The notes beneath the pieces were generated by a model. The model searched no databases. It was given only the letters and a program-made list of their open reading frames with translations, and was not told where the DNA came from. From NCBI GenBank assembly GCA_038087875.1, contig CM075977.1, positions 356,128,001-356,192,000 of the forward strand: a stretch of 64,000 bases of DNA. The letters run 5' to 3'. Below, in pieces: positions 63,947 to 64,000 of the stretch (within the stretch, counting starts at the first letter, position 1; each line of letters begins with the position of its first letter). The translations under genes were made by a program, and so were the position numbers. Origin of the DNA: Malacoraja senta (Eukaryota).

Positions 63947-64000
63947 ATTTCTCCAGTCTCTCCGTCCACATTGTTTGCTTATTCTGTATTTTATTCTGTA

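Overview
Repeat-dense, non-genic (intronic or intergenic) vertebrate DNA, most likely from a cartilaginous fish such as a skate or ray. This is inferred from the HE1-type V-SINE, the many CR1/HER1-type LINE fragments and the Penelope-derived palindromic repeats. No host protein-coding exon could be supported, and almost all ORFs in the track are TE fragments or antisense shadows. Best-resolved structures: (1) A complete ~6.1 kb DNA transposon (48230-54320) with 16-bp TIRs and a 7-bp TSD, consistent with the hATw group. Its frameshifted DDE transposase ends in a putative Spindlin/Tudor-like domain, and its 5' intron holds a ~105-bp-arm hairpin with an L1 inserted in the loop. (2) A CpG-rich Gypsy LTR element with a tRNA-Trp PBS, a GGGAAAC -1 frameshift site and a microhomology deletion of RNase H/integrase. 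(3) A Rex1/Babar LINE with a twin-priming-type 5' inversion. (4) Two Tc1 copies, a Harbinger MITE and a mariner/pogo-type MITE. (5) At least 12 copies of a short, often palindromic repeat carrying a degenerate hammerhead-ribozyme core, plus a Penelope GIY-YIG fragment that is its likely source.
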